DNA of 64,000 nt from Limisphaerales bacterium (lineage in GTDB: Bacteria > Verrucomicrobiota > Verrucomicrobiia > Limisphaerales > JAJOIW01), in assembly GCA_965657355.1 (NCBI GenBank), contig CBFHOE010000011.1:43004-107003 (forward strand). Reading direction: 5' to 3'. The notes under the pieces are model-generated. The model saw only the letters and a list, made by a program, of their open reading frames with translations, had not been told where the DNA came from and did no database searches. A program made the translations under genes and the position numbers. Shown one piece after another: positions 20,080-28,996 of this stretch (its first letter is position 1; every line of letters starts with the position of its first letter).

Positions 20080-20107
20080 ACTATAGAGTCAGTCAGGGAA
20101 TTTGCAA
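20080..20107 (-). promoter_or_regulatory. Putative sigma70 promoter for the Ala-rich secreted protein
   Basis: Minus strand TTGCAA, 16 bp spacer, TATAGT. Confidence 0.5.
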
Positions 20108-20176
20108 TCCTAATATTTTATTTTTTTTAGGGTCGAAAAATCTCCGACTCGTGTAATATGTGCAATAAGCAACATC

Positions 20177-20746
20177 TTGTCTATGGTAAAATCGGAAGTT
20201 TTAAAAATTTTTAAAGAGACAAAAGCCTTGATGGAAGGTCATTTTGTTCTGCGCAGCGGACTTCGCAGCCGCCAATATTTTCAGTGTGCGCTAGCATTGC
20301 AGGAAATGCCAATAGTTGAAAAATTAGTTTCAGCCTTGATAGAGAAGTGGAATCCCGTGAATGTTGATACGATTGTTGCACCCGCAATGGGTGGCTTGGT
20401 CTTAGGCCAGGAAGTCGCTCGGCAACTGAAAAAAAGATTCATTTTTGTTGAAAAAATGGATGACAAGCTGGCAATGAGACGCGGATTTAAGCTATCTGAA
20501 AGGGAAAAGGTGTTGGTTGTTGAGGATGTTGTCACTCGCGGAGGAAGGGTTCGTGAGACGCTGGATATTGTCAAAACCCACGGCGGAAATACGGTCGGCG
20601 TTCTCGTCTTGGTCGACCGAAGTGATGGCAAAGTCGATCTAAGCTACCCCATGACGAGCCTGCTCGAAATGTCAGTGGAAACTTTTGAGCCCGACAATCT
20701 GCCCGAGGATCTGAGGCATATTTCTCCCTCTAAGCCAGGGAGTTAA
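20177..20746 (+). CDS. pyrE: Orotate phosphoribosyltransferase
   Basis: GHFVLRSG..S..YFQCA, APAMGG, PRPP-binding VLVVEDVVTRGG, C-terminal KPGS; the start may be the ATG at 20183. Confidence 0.95.
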   Translation: MSMVKSEVLKIFKETKALMEGHFVLRSGLRSRQYFQCALALQEMPIVEKLVSALIEKWNPVNVDTIVAPAMGGLVLGQEVARQLKKRFIFVEKMDDKLAMRRGFKLSEREKVLVVEDVVTRGGRVRETLDIVKTHGGNTVGVLVLVDRSDGKVDLSYPMTSLLEMSVETFEPDNLPEDLRHISPSKPGS

Positions 20747-20820
20747 TTATTTTGGATGGAATAGCAAATTGACCCACTCGACATGAGCGAGAGGAAAAAT
20801 AAAAGAATAGTTTCATTATC

Positions 20821-22320
20821 ATGGGATTTGATTCATTTGAAGATTTTGTAGGCGAACTAGATCGACGGGGCGAGTTGATCAGGATCTCAGAGCAAGTCGC
20901 CACAGAATTAGAAATTACAGAGCTCAGCGAGCGAGAGATGCTCGAAACGGGCGGAGGTAAAGCCCTGCTTTTTGAAAAGCCGACAATCAACGGTAAAGTC
21001 AGCCCATTTCCGGTAGCCATGAATACGATGGGCTCAGAAGAGAGGATGGCGATGATTCTCGGCAAGAACTCAGTGGATGAGGCCTCTGAAGAACTCGGCT
21101 CTTTGATGAAAGCAAAACCTCCTATGAATGCGAAAGAGGCCATAAAACTAGCCTCTACGGCGATCAATCTGCGCCACACTAAGCCCAAATCAGTAAAAAC
21201 AGGCCCATGCAAAGAAGTGATTATCAAAGGCGAAAGATTGAAGGAACTGGGCGACGACTCAAGCCAAGATCCCACATTATTGGACATTCCCATATTGAAA
21301 TGTTGGCCTGAGGATGGGGGACGCTTCATGACCCTTCCCTGCGTTGTCACCAAGGATCCTGATACAGGGGATACAAATCTTGGGATGTATAGAATACAAG
21401 TTTTGGATAAGCAGAAAACTGGAATGCATTGGCAACTTCAAAAAGTCGCTGCCCGGCACGGGAAGCGGTATTATGAAACGGGCACAAAAATGCCAGTCGC
21501 TATTTTTCTTGGTGGGGATCCGGCATATGCCTTCAGTGCAACAGCTCCATTACCTGATGGTCTCAATGAATTTTTGATGGCGGGATTTTTACGAAAAAAG
21601 GCAGTGCCGATGGTGAAATGCGAGACCATTGATTTGGAGGTCCCGGCAAATGCTGATTTTGTATTTGAGGGTTATGTTGATCCCTCTGAGGAGTTAATTG
21701 ACGAAGGCCCCTTCGGCGATCACACGGGTTTCTACACCCCGATCGACAAATATCCAGCTTTTCACATAACAGCCATCACGCATCGAAAAAATGCAATTTA
21801 TCCGGCCACAATCGTTGGCCGCCCTCCCAAAGAAGATTTTTACATGGGTTCGGCAAGCGTCAAACTATTCATGCCAATCTTTCAGATGAATTTTCCAGAG
21901 ATAGTCGACATCGCACTACCAGCCGAAGGAGTTTTCCATAATTTGGTATTTGTGAGCATTCGGAAAACTTACCCATATCAGGCCTACAAGATAATGTATG
22001 GGCTTTGGGGGATGGGACAAATGATGTTCACCAAATACATAGTCGTCGTCGATGCAGAAGTGGATGTTCATAACACCTCTGAGGTTTTATTTCATTGGAT
22101 GGCTAACACCGACCCTTCTAGAGATCGCATCGAAACAAAGGGACCTACGGATGTCCTTGACCACGCTTCACCCTCTGTGGGTATTGGCTCCAAAATGGGG
22201 TTCGATGCAACATCAAAACTCCCGAGTGAAGGACACCCCAGGGATTGGCCCTCAATTTTGAGTATGCCAGATCATGTCCGTAAAAAAGTAGATCCTATAT
22301 GGCAAAGGATGAAGGCGTAA
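20821..22320 (+). CDS. UbiD family prFMN-dependent decarboxylase (menaquinone biosynthesis decarboxylase, MqnL-like)
   Basis: WPEDGGRF, NLGMYRIQ, EGPFGDHTGFY, GRPP.ED, EGVFHNL, GLWGMGQMMFTK, LDHAS, GSKMG.DAT.K. Confidence 0.9.
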   Translation: MGFDSFEDFVGELDRRGELIRISEQVATELEITELSEREMLETGGGKALLFEKPTINGKVSPFPVAMNTMGSEERMAMILGKNSVDEASEELGSLMKAKPPMNAKEAIKLASTAINLRHTKPKSVKTGPCKEVIIKGERLKELGDDSSQDPTLLDIPILKCWPEDGGRFMTLPCVVTKDPDTGDTNLGMYRIQVLDKQKTGMHWQLQKVAARHGKRYYETGTKMPVAIFLGGDPAYAFSATAPLPDGLNEFLMAGFLRKKAVPMVKCETIDLEVPANADFVFEGYVDPSEELIDEGPFGDHTGFYTPIDKYPAFHITAITHRKNAIYPATIVGRPPKEDFYMGSASVKLFMPIFQMNFPEIVDIALPAEGVFHNLVFVSIRKTYPYQAYKIMYGLWGMGQMMFTKYIVVVDAEVDVHNTSEVLFHWMANTDPSRDRIETKGPTDVLDHASPSVGIGSKMGFDATSKLPSEGHPRDWPSILSMPDHVRKKVDPIWQRMKA

Positions 22321-22368
22321 TCAAAAACCAGACTCGTAATTGCCCTTGAAATACAAAAACATTCTATT

Positions 22369-22623
22369 TTGAACGGTTTCTCTCAAAGTATAGTGACAGA
22401 GGCAACCATCATCGATCATTTTGGTGATGATAAGTATTTGGTTGAATTGCCGGAAAATGGCCACCAGCTCATAGGCCACCTGCCTTTAAAGCTGAGTAAA
22501 ATGGCCCCGGACATAAATAAAGGTGATTTCGTTAGGCTGGATATGACTCCATACGACCTTAACAAAGGAAAAATCATTAAAAAATTGCCTGGTTTTGATA
22601 GAAATAACAAATTCAGTGATTGA
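22369..22623 (+). CDS. Divergent translation initiation factor IF-1-like (S1/OB-fold) protein
   Basis: Aligns with IF-1: YLVELPENGHQLIGHL...INKGDFVRLDMTPYDLNKGKI; TTG start uncertain. Confidence 0.75.
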   Translation: MNGFSQSIVTEATIIDHFGDDKYLVELPENGHQLIGHLPLKLSKMAPDINKGDFVRLDMTPYDLNKGKIIKKLPGFDRNNKFSD

Positions 22624-22664
22624 TATGGACGGTAGTTGCAACCATAATTAGGCAAGTTTATCGA

Positions 22665-22883
22665 ATGAGTGAGGATGTAATAAAAGTAGAGGGTAAGATT
22701 GTTGCTGTTTTAGCAGGGACGATGTTCCGCGTAGAAATAGAAAATACGGGCCATCAAGTTTTAGCACATATTTCAGGAAAGATGCGCAAAAGATTTATCC
22801 GACTCATACCAGGTGATCGTGTCCGAATGGAAATGTCGCCCTATGACACTGACAAAGCCAGAATAGTCTGGCGTTTGAGATAG
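22665..22883 (+). CDS. infA: Translation initiation factor IF-1
   Basis: 72 aa from ATG 22665: MSEDVIKVEG..FRVEIEN.GHQVLAHISGKMRKRFIRL.PGDRVRMEMSPYD.DKARI.WR. Confidence 0.97.
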   Translation: MSEDVIKVEGKIVAVLAGTMFRVEIENTGHQVLAHISGKMRKRFIRLIPGDRVRMEMSPYDTDKARIVWRLR

Positions 22884-22939
22884 GCAACGCTCATCCAAGT
22901 CGTATCAACTGACCAGCTTCATGAAGTGATTTAAGATAC

Positions 22940-23446
22940 TTAGGCCAGACGGGCAATCTGAGGGTGAATACGTTCCAAATCTTTGTCTTTCAAGGCCATT
23001 GCTATGATGGTCGATTTTTCCTTCATCGAGATAGCCTCTTTAATCCACTGTAACGCCTCATCATCTTTTTCCAGTTTACAAGTGTAGCATGCAATATTGT
23101 AGGCGATATGTGAATTTAACGGGAATAGCTCGCTGGCATTGAGTAGATAATCCCTTGCCTCGACGGTCCTTTTCAATTCGTGAAGAGAATAGGACTGGTG
23201 AATCCATCCAGTCGGTAGCCCAGGGTGAAATTTCACAAAGTCCTTAGCTATCTGAAGAGCACCAGCCCAATCTTCCCTTTTCGCGAGGATTTGCCATTTC
23301 AAATTCAAAATTTCAGAGGTTTGCTTCGATTCATTGGAGATGTTGTCCAATTCACTAAGAGCCTCATCATACTTTGATAGCTCCATCCAACCTGTAGCTG
23401 CCCTGACGGCATGTTTATCGAGATTACTGAAATTAGGAAGGTTCAC
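22940..23446 (-). CDS. TPR-like protein
   Basis: Helical repeats GWMEL..YDEAL, GWIHQSYSLHEL, YNIACY...A.QW..EAI. Confidence 0.75.
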   Translation of the reverse strand: MNLPNFSNLDKHAVRAATGWMELSKYDEALSELDNISNESKQTSEILNLKWQILAKREDWAGALQIAKDFVKFHPGLPTGWIHQSYSLHELKRTVEARDYLLNASELFPLNSHIAYNIACYTCKLEKDDEALQWIKEAISMKEKSTIIAMALKDKDLERIHPQIARLA

Positions 23447-23553
23447 CTTGGGACAATTTCTTGAATTGTGTATATCCTATTTTAAGAAATGTTACAATTA
23501 AATCGGTTCAGATATAATATTGCCGCTAAATAGGTCCGTTTTTATAAAAACTA

Positions 23554-25107
23554 ATGCCCGAATTGGAACCTCTCTCAATAAACCGCATGCCATCACTGAA
23601 ATCCGGAGATCTAAGAAATAGTTTTCCTGCCTCCCGATCGTGTATACTTATCCCTTTTTGCACGTTATTAGTGGTATTTTCAACCTCCAGAGCCAGTGAT
23701 CCCAACTTCGATAAATGGTTTTATAATTATGTGAACAAGATAGGACCTGCCAGCCTTGGTATTTACGTGGTAGATGCTTCAAATGGCCAAAAACTATTTG
23801 GTTATAACGAGGGAAAACTTCTTAAACCGGCAAGCACAGCAAAAATCGTGACTGGGGCGTTGTTCTTGGACAAGTTTGGGTCAAATCATTATATAAAAAC
23901 CCCAATTTACCTATTCAATCAGTCAGAGAATAACAAGATTGCCGGAGGATTAGCCATTTTGGGAAAAGGAGACATTTCTCTTGGGGCGCGCTTTTACCGA
24001 TGGGACTATACCAAAAGTATTTCAAGATTGGTTAATGCCATCGCAGAAACGGGGGTAAGACAAATCAATGGCCCTGTTATTTTAGATGATAATTTTTTTA
24101 AGAATTCCAAATACGGTACGGGGTGGACGTGGGAGGACTTAAAGCATTATTACGGGGCACCCGTTAGCTCATTACCTAATGACGATAATGTTATTGATAT
24201 TTTCATAAGGCCTGGACGCAAGATTGGGGACCCTTGTCGAATAGAATGCAAACCAAAACCATTAGGGATAATTTTTTCAAATGAAACGATAACGGTTGCT
24301 CAAAATCAGGGAGAAAAAATAAACATTCATAGGGGTCTTGATTCGACTTTGGTTACTATCTCCGGACAACTTTCCATTAATTCCAAAACTAAAGCTGAAG
24401 CCGTTTCTGTTGCCTACCCAGCCAAGTGGTTAGGGTTAAGGTTGAAAGATGCACTGAAGAAAAAAGGGATAGTCATTACTGGTGATGTTGAAGTTTTTGA
24501 TAATCCGGACAGACCATTTATTCCAAAAGGGAGATGGGAGAATGTCAATTCATTCACTTCGCACTCTTCTCGTTCCATGCTGAACAAGATGATGAAGCGC
24601 AGTCAGAATCTTTATGCGCAAAGTTTTTTACTTCAGGTTGGAAAACTTCGAAAAGATCATCATAATTTTTACTCAACCGAAGAAGCAGGGATAAAATCTC
24701 TGAATGATTGGTGTTATTCAATAGGAATACCAAAAAAAGAGGTTGGACTTGATGAAGGAAGCGGGCTCAGCCGTTCCAGCCTAATATCGGCAAGGGCCAT
24801 GACAAAAGTTCTTTTTCACATGATCTCTCACCCAGAGCGCAAAACCTTCATGGAATCACTTCCAATAGCAGGAATTGATGGGGCACTTCGATATAGACTG
24901 CGGCATGAATCAACGAAAGGCCTTATCAAAGCCAAATCCGGATCCATAAAACATGTTAGATCTCTCGCTGGATATATTGATAGAAAAGACAAAAGAAGAA
25001 TTGCCTTCTGTATTTTACTCAATGGATTCAACGAAAGCAGCCACCCGTATTCAGGAAAAAGAATCGTAGACGAAATTACATTGAATATCGCTACGAGAAG
25101 ATTTTGA
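23554..25107 (+). CDS. dacB: D-Ala-D-Ala carboxypeptidase/endopeptidase (PBP4, peptidase S13)
   Basis: PASTAK (SxxK), GW.WED..YYGA, SQN (SxN), EGSGLSR, LPIAG.DG.L, AKSG (KTG-like). Confidence 0.92.
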   Translation: MPELEPLSINRMPSLKSGDLRNSFPASRSCILIPFCTLLVVFSTSRASDPNFDKWFYNYVNKIGPASLGIYVVDASNGQKLFGYNEGKLLKPASTAKIVTGALFLDKFGSNHYIKTPIYLFNQSENNKIAGGLAILGKGDISLGARFYRWDYTKSISRLVNAIAETGVRQINGPVILDDNFFKNSKYGTGWTWEDLKHYYGAPVSSLPNDDNVIDIFIRPGRKIGDPCRIECKPKPLGIIFSNETITVAQNQGEKINIHRGLDSTLVTISGQLSINSKTKAEAVSVAYPAKWLGLRLKDALKKKGIVITGDVEVFDNPDRPFIPKGRWENVNSFTSHSSRSMLNKMMKRSQNLYAQSFLLQVGKLRKDHHNFYSTEEAGIKSLNDWCYSIGIPKKEVGLDEGSGLSRSSLISARAMTKVLFHMISHPERKTFMESLPIAGIDGALRYRLRHESTKGLIKAKSGSIKHVRSLAGYIDRKDKRRIAFCILLNGFNESSHPYSGKRIVDEITLNIATRRF

Positions 25108-25158
25108 AAACAAAACTTTTAGGTTCACAACCACATAAATCAATGGCACTTTTTTGAT

Positions 25159-26130
25159 GTGGATAAAATCCTTCATGGAAGAAATGTCATCAAGACAGAA
25201 ATTGAAGCTCTCACTGAGCTATGTGAATCACTTAATGGCGAGTTCATAGAGGCTGTCGACAAGCTTTTGCATTGTATTGAGTCAAATTCTAAAATCGTTC
25301 TTACTGGGATTGGAAAATCAGGAAATATAAGTCAAAAAATAGCGGCCACATTGACTTCTACCGGGTCGCCGGCGGTGGTTTTAAATCACGTCGATGCATT
25401 ACACGGTGATTTGGGGATTATACAGCCTGGGGATGTAATTCTTATTTTAAGCTTTTCAGGGGAATCTGAAGAACTTAACCAACTTTTGCCATCCATCAAA
25501 AGATTTTCCAATTATATTGTTGCAATGACGGGGAACCGAGATTCCACCATAGCAACCAGCTCTGATTTAGTTCTTGAAATCCCAGTCAAAACCGAGGCCT
25601 GCCCGTTTAATCTAGCCCCAACAGCAAGCACAACCGCGATGCTTGCTATGGGCGATGCATTAGCTATCTGCTTGCTTAAATCAAGGGGATTTACAGAGAA
25701 AGATTTTGCGATGTATCACCCATCAGGGACGATTGGCAGACGTCTCTTAATGAAGGTCAAAGATGTTTTACTGCCGGAGAGAAAACCAACGCTAGTAGAT
25801 CCAGCTTTAAAGGTCAGAGAATCCCTTAAAAATATGACGAATGCGAAATCTGGCTGCGTTTGCGTTGTTGATGACCAAGGCACACTTACAGGTATATTCA
25901 CGGATGGGGATCTACGCAGGAAAATACTTCAAGACCCGGAATTATTGAATAAGGAAATTGGACAAGTCATGACGCAGAATCCCATATCCATAAACCAAGA
26001 AGCTCTAGCTGTAGAAGCCCTAAAAATCTTTGATGAAAATCAGATTGATGACCTGATCGTTGTAGATGATGGTAATAACCCTGTTGGTGTTGTCGACAGC
26101 CAAGATCTACCAAAAATCAAATTGCTTTGA
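25159..26130 (+). CDS. kdsD: KpsF/GutQ family arabinose-5-phosphate isomerase (SIS + 2 CBS)
   Basis: TGIGKSG, ALHGDLG, S.SGESEE, EACP.NLAPTAST, HP.GT.G, GIFTDGDLRR. Confidence 0.92.
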   Translation: MDKILHGRNVIKTEIEALTELCESLNGEFIEAVDKLLHCIESNSKIVLTGIGKSGNISQKIAATLTSTGSPAVVLNHVDALHGDLGIIQPGDVILILSFSGESEELNQLLPSIKRFSNYIVAMTGNRDSTIATSSDLVLEIPVKTEACPFNLAPTASTTAMLAMGDALAICLLKSRGFTEKDFAMYHPSGTIGRRLLMKVKDVLLPERKPTLVDPALKVRESLKNMTNAKSGCVCVVDDQGTLTGIFTDGDLRRKILQDPELLNKEIGQVMTQNPISINQEALAVEALKIFDENQIDDLIVVDDGNNPVGVVDSQDLPKIKLL

Positions 26131-26152
26131 TTTGTCGCTTGGAGCTCTTAAG

Positions 26153-26950
26153 ATGAAATATACGATGAACATAAAATTAACGCCCATTCTTGATAAGATC
26201 ACGGGTTCTGTGATTCTCGTCGGTATCATAGCTGCATGCTCGCTTTGTTGTTTTCCAGCTTTTGGCCAAGAATCCGAAGCTCCGATCGAAAAATCCTTTA
26301 AAAAAACCATCACTAAAAATTACGAGTTAGGTTACTTACTTAATTTACCGAAGGACTTTTCGGATAAGACCAAAAAACGTTGGCCTCTGATATTATTTTT
26401 GCATGGAGCTGGCGAGCGGGGCAATGATCTGCAAAAGGTTGCGGTCCATGGACCGCCTAAATTGGCTTCCCAAAAAAGTTACCTGAGTCCATTCATTGTT
26501 ATCTCTCCTCAATGCCCAGAAGGTGAGAGATGGGATCCTGATATTCTGATTCATTTCGTTGATTACATTGCCGAGGAATATCCCGTAGATAAAAAGAGAA
26601 TATACCTCACCGGATTAAGTATGGGTGGATATGGGACTTGGGCATTGGTCTCAAAGTACCCCCAAATATTCGCTGCTGCGGCCCCTATTTGCGGAGGCGG
26701 CAACCCAATTAATATAAAACTGAGTAAACCCGCTGCAAAAAAGGCCATAGCCCAACTCCCAGTTTGGAATTTTCACGGATTAAAGGATACAGTGGTGCCG
26801 CCTCAAAGATCTGATGTCATGGTTCAGGCTATGATGGAAATAGGAGGCAATATTCGATATACGAGATATCCTGAGGCCCACCATGATTCTTGGACTGCCA
26901 CCTACTCTAATGCTGACCTTTATGAGTGGTTTTTGAGCCATTCAAAATAA
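26153..26950 (+). CDS. Secreted alpha/beta hydrolase (phospholipase/carboxylesterase-like)
   Basis: LFLHGAGERG, SPQCP, GLSMGG nucleophile elbow, FHG.KD.VV, HDSW; ATG 26153 preceded by GGAG. Confidence 0.88.
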   Translation: MKYTMNIKLTPILDKITGSVILVGIIAACSLCCFPAFGQESEAPIEKSFKKTITKNYELGYLLNLPKDFSDKTKKRWPLILFLHGAGERGNDLQKVAVHGPPKLASQKSYLSPFIVISPQCPEGERWDPDILIHFVDYIAEEYPVDKKRIYLTGLSMGGYGTWALVSKYPQIFAAAAPICGGGNPINIKLSKPAAKKAIAQLPVWNFHGLKDTVVPPQRSDVMVQAMMEIGGNIRYTRYPEAHHDSWTATYSNADLYEWFLSHSK

Positions 26951-26969
26951 GAGATAAAATACTCATGCT

Positions 26970-27737
26970 ATGCTTGATGATGTTGAGGTCATTTCCCTTG
27001 ATGCGGGAGGCACTTTATTTTCCCCATCCCCGTCTGTTGGTCACATTTATGAAAAGATCGCCATTAGTAGAAAAATAAAACCCCCGTCTGCTGAATCCAT
27101 GAATTTAAAATTCAAGGAATACTGGCAAAAGACAGCAGGGTTTGATTTCAGCAAAAAAGCTTGGAAAGAGGTGGTAGATTATTGCTTTCTTCAGACATGC
27201 CCAGAGGGGGTAGATCAAGACCTCTTTGATAACATTTACCTTGCCTTCGAAAATATAGAAAATTGGAAACTCTATTCGGATGTTGAATTAGCATTAGATC
27301 TATTCCAACAAAATGGCAAAATGATAGTCATTTCTTCTAACTGGGATGAAAGACTAAAATCGCTTATATCGGGTTTTGGACTAGAGCACCACCTGAGTGG
27401 AATATTTGTGTCCCATGAAATTGGATTTACCAAACCATCACCCCGATTTTTTAATTCAATATTAGACCGAATTAAATGTGCTCCGTCGCAAATACTTCAT
27501 ATCGGCGATGATTATGAAAAAGATTATCTCGGCGCAAAAAAGGCTGGTTTCAAATCGCTTTTACTGAACAGAAGTGAAACAAAAACAGGCGACCCCGCAG
27601 AACCGAAAGACATAATTCACTCGTTGATTGATACTTTAAACTTTTCCTCCCTTCCAACGATCAGCTTAGACGATGTCCCGGAGTCAGCAAAAGATGTTGA
27701 ATTCTATCACGTCGAAGAACCAGATAAAGAGACATAA
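26970..27737 (+). CDS. HAD-superfamily hydrolase (subfamily IA, REG-2-like)
   Basis: SLDAGGTL, SSNWDERL, KPSPRFF, HIGDDYEKDY.GA. Confidence 0.88.
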   Translation: MLDDVEVISLDAGGTLFSPSPSVGHIYEKIAISRKIKPPSAESMNLKFKEYWQKTAGFDFSKKAWKEVVDYCFLQTCPEGVDQDLFDNIYLAFENIENWKLYSDVELALDLFQQNGKMIVISSNWDERLKSLISGFGLEHHLSGIFVSHEIGFTKPSPRFFNSILDRIKCAPSQILHIGDDYEKDYLGAKKAGFKSLLLNRSETKTGDPAEPKDIIHSLIDTLNFSSLPTISLDDVPESAKDVEFYHVEEPDKET

Positions 27738-27800
27738 ACTGAATGGATCAGCGGTCTAGCCGCTAATCTCCGGACTCAATTTTCAAAATGCGTCCGACGC

Positions 27801-28835
27801 CTACTCTTGGGAAGAGATTAGCAACCGGTAGAACTTTTGGCCTGCTTCAACTATCGGGCCAAGATTCTCGATATAGGGCTCAAGCGAATCGACAGGAGGC
27901 AGAGCTGTGAGATCCTGCCAGGACCCGGAGGTTATATCCTCCGACGCCTGGAGAGTATACGATCTTCCCGGGCGTCTTTCAAAGCTGACACTAACCGAAC
28001 CATCGACCAGAGAAATGTCAATATTCTGAATCGAATCCGCCCACTTTCTGAGCTCAGAGAAATTCTGACTTATAGTTCCAGACGACCAAATATTTTTGGA
28101 ACCAAAAGAACTACTACTTCCGTCGTTGTAGTCAAATATGCTTATTTCGGTTCCGGGGTCGAACTCAAGCTTGCCGACTTCCCGAGAGCTCAAAGACCCA
28201 CCAAATCCTGATATGGCTTCACCAACAGGCCCCCATAAGACCTCAGGATTTTCTGAATTTGAGGCATTCACTAAACGAATTTCCCAATCATCATTTCCAA
28301 CCGAAAAATTACCAGGCTCATCGCCAGAAACATTCGTCACCGTCGTGATATAATCTGGGTCACCGCTCCAAACATGAATCCACCAGTCTCCTGTAGAAGG
28401 GGAAAATGAAGTGTCGCTTTGGGTAATAAAATCATCACCAGCTTCGTTTTTAATGATTTCCTTCTCAGCAATCGTAATAATAGTACCCGATCTTAGTGAG
28501 CTCCATAATTTGTTTTCACTGAACTTTATTATACCTTGGTCAATGCCGGGGCGTGTTTCGTCCCAGATAGTCTCAGATGGGGGAGTGTCTGTTTCTTCAG
28601 CCCACCAGAGCTCTAAGCCTCGAATATCGATAAAGTCCTCGATGACAACAAGTTCTATCCAGTTCCCACCATTTCCTTCAATTCGGCCTAAATTGACATC
28701 TGATTTTTCATCCTTGAGGAATTTAGAGCCGCTGACCGTATTGTATTCATTGAGAATAATTTTTTCAAAGGCGTTAATGCTTGGACAAAAAGCAAAAAGA
28801 GACAAAGCTAAAAGAGGTATTCTTTTAAAAAACAT
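27801..28835 (-). CDS. Secreted acidic beta-rich protein (lamin-tail-like start) with a conserved-looking C-terminal module
   Basis: Signal peptide; IILNEYN..GNWIELVV resembles lamin-tail domains; C-terminus PGRSYTLQASEDI..GSW...QKFYRL. Confidence 0.65.
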   Translation of the reverse strand: MFFKRIPLLALSLFAFCPSINAFEKIILNEYNTVSGSKFLKDEKSDVNLGRIEGNGGNWIELVVIEDFIDIRGLELWWAEETDTPPSETIWDETRPGIDQGIIKFSENKLWSSLRSGTIITIAEKEIIKNEAGDDFITQSDTSFSPSTGDWWIHVWSGDPDYITTVTNVSGDEPGNFSVGNDDWEIRLVNASNSENPEVLWGPVGEAISGFGGSLSSREVGKLEFDPGTEISIFDYNDGSSSSFGSKNIWSSGTISQNFSELRKWADSIQNIDISLVDGSVSVSFERRPGRSYTLQASEDITSGSWQDLTALPPVDSLEPYIENLGPIVEAGQKFYRLLISSQE

Positions 28836-28996
28836 AAAATGGTCCTAGTTGATCGATACTGAATTTAAACTACCATAGTTATTTGACGCGCGAAACAGCA
28901 TATAATTGCTAGTAAGTTACAAATTTGCAAAACTATTTGACCTTAACCGTAGATCAGACTTGAGTTCACAGCTTTTTTACACAACTTTGCATTGCC

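Noticed and set aside
20730..21353. 207-aa antisense ORF and the other short overlapping ORFs in the track
   Set aside because: They lie antisense or out of frame within well-supported genes and show no recognisable motifs; treated as shadow ORFs
22620..22664. N-terminal extension of IF-1 (87-aa ORF call)
   Set aside because: ATG 22665 gives a canonical 72-aa IF-1; the extension overlaps the upstream paralog's stop codon
26970..27737. KDO-8-phosphate phosphatase kdsC near kdsD
   Set aside because: The motifs (DAGGTL, SNWDERL, cap domain) fit HAD subfamily IA, not the capless KdsC type (DVDGVLTDG)
27746..27768. Hairpin between the convergent HAD and secreted-protein genes as a terminator
   Set aside because: Short imperfect stem without a convincing U-tract
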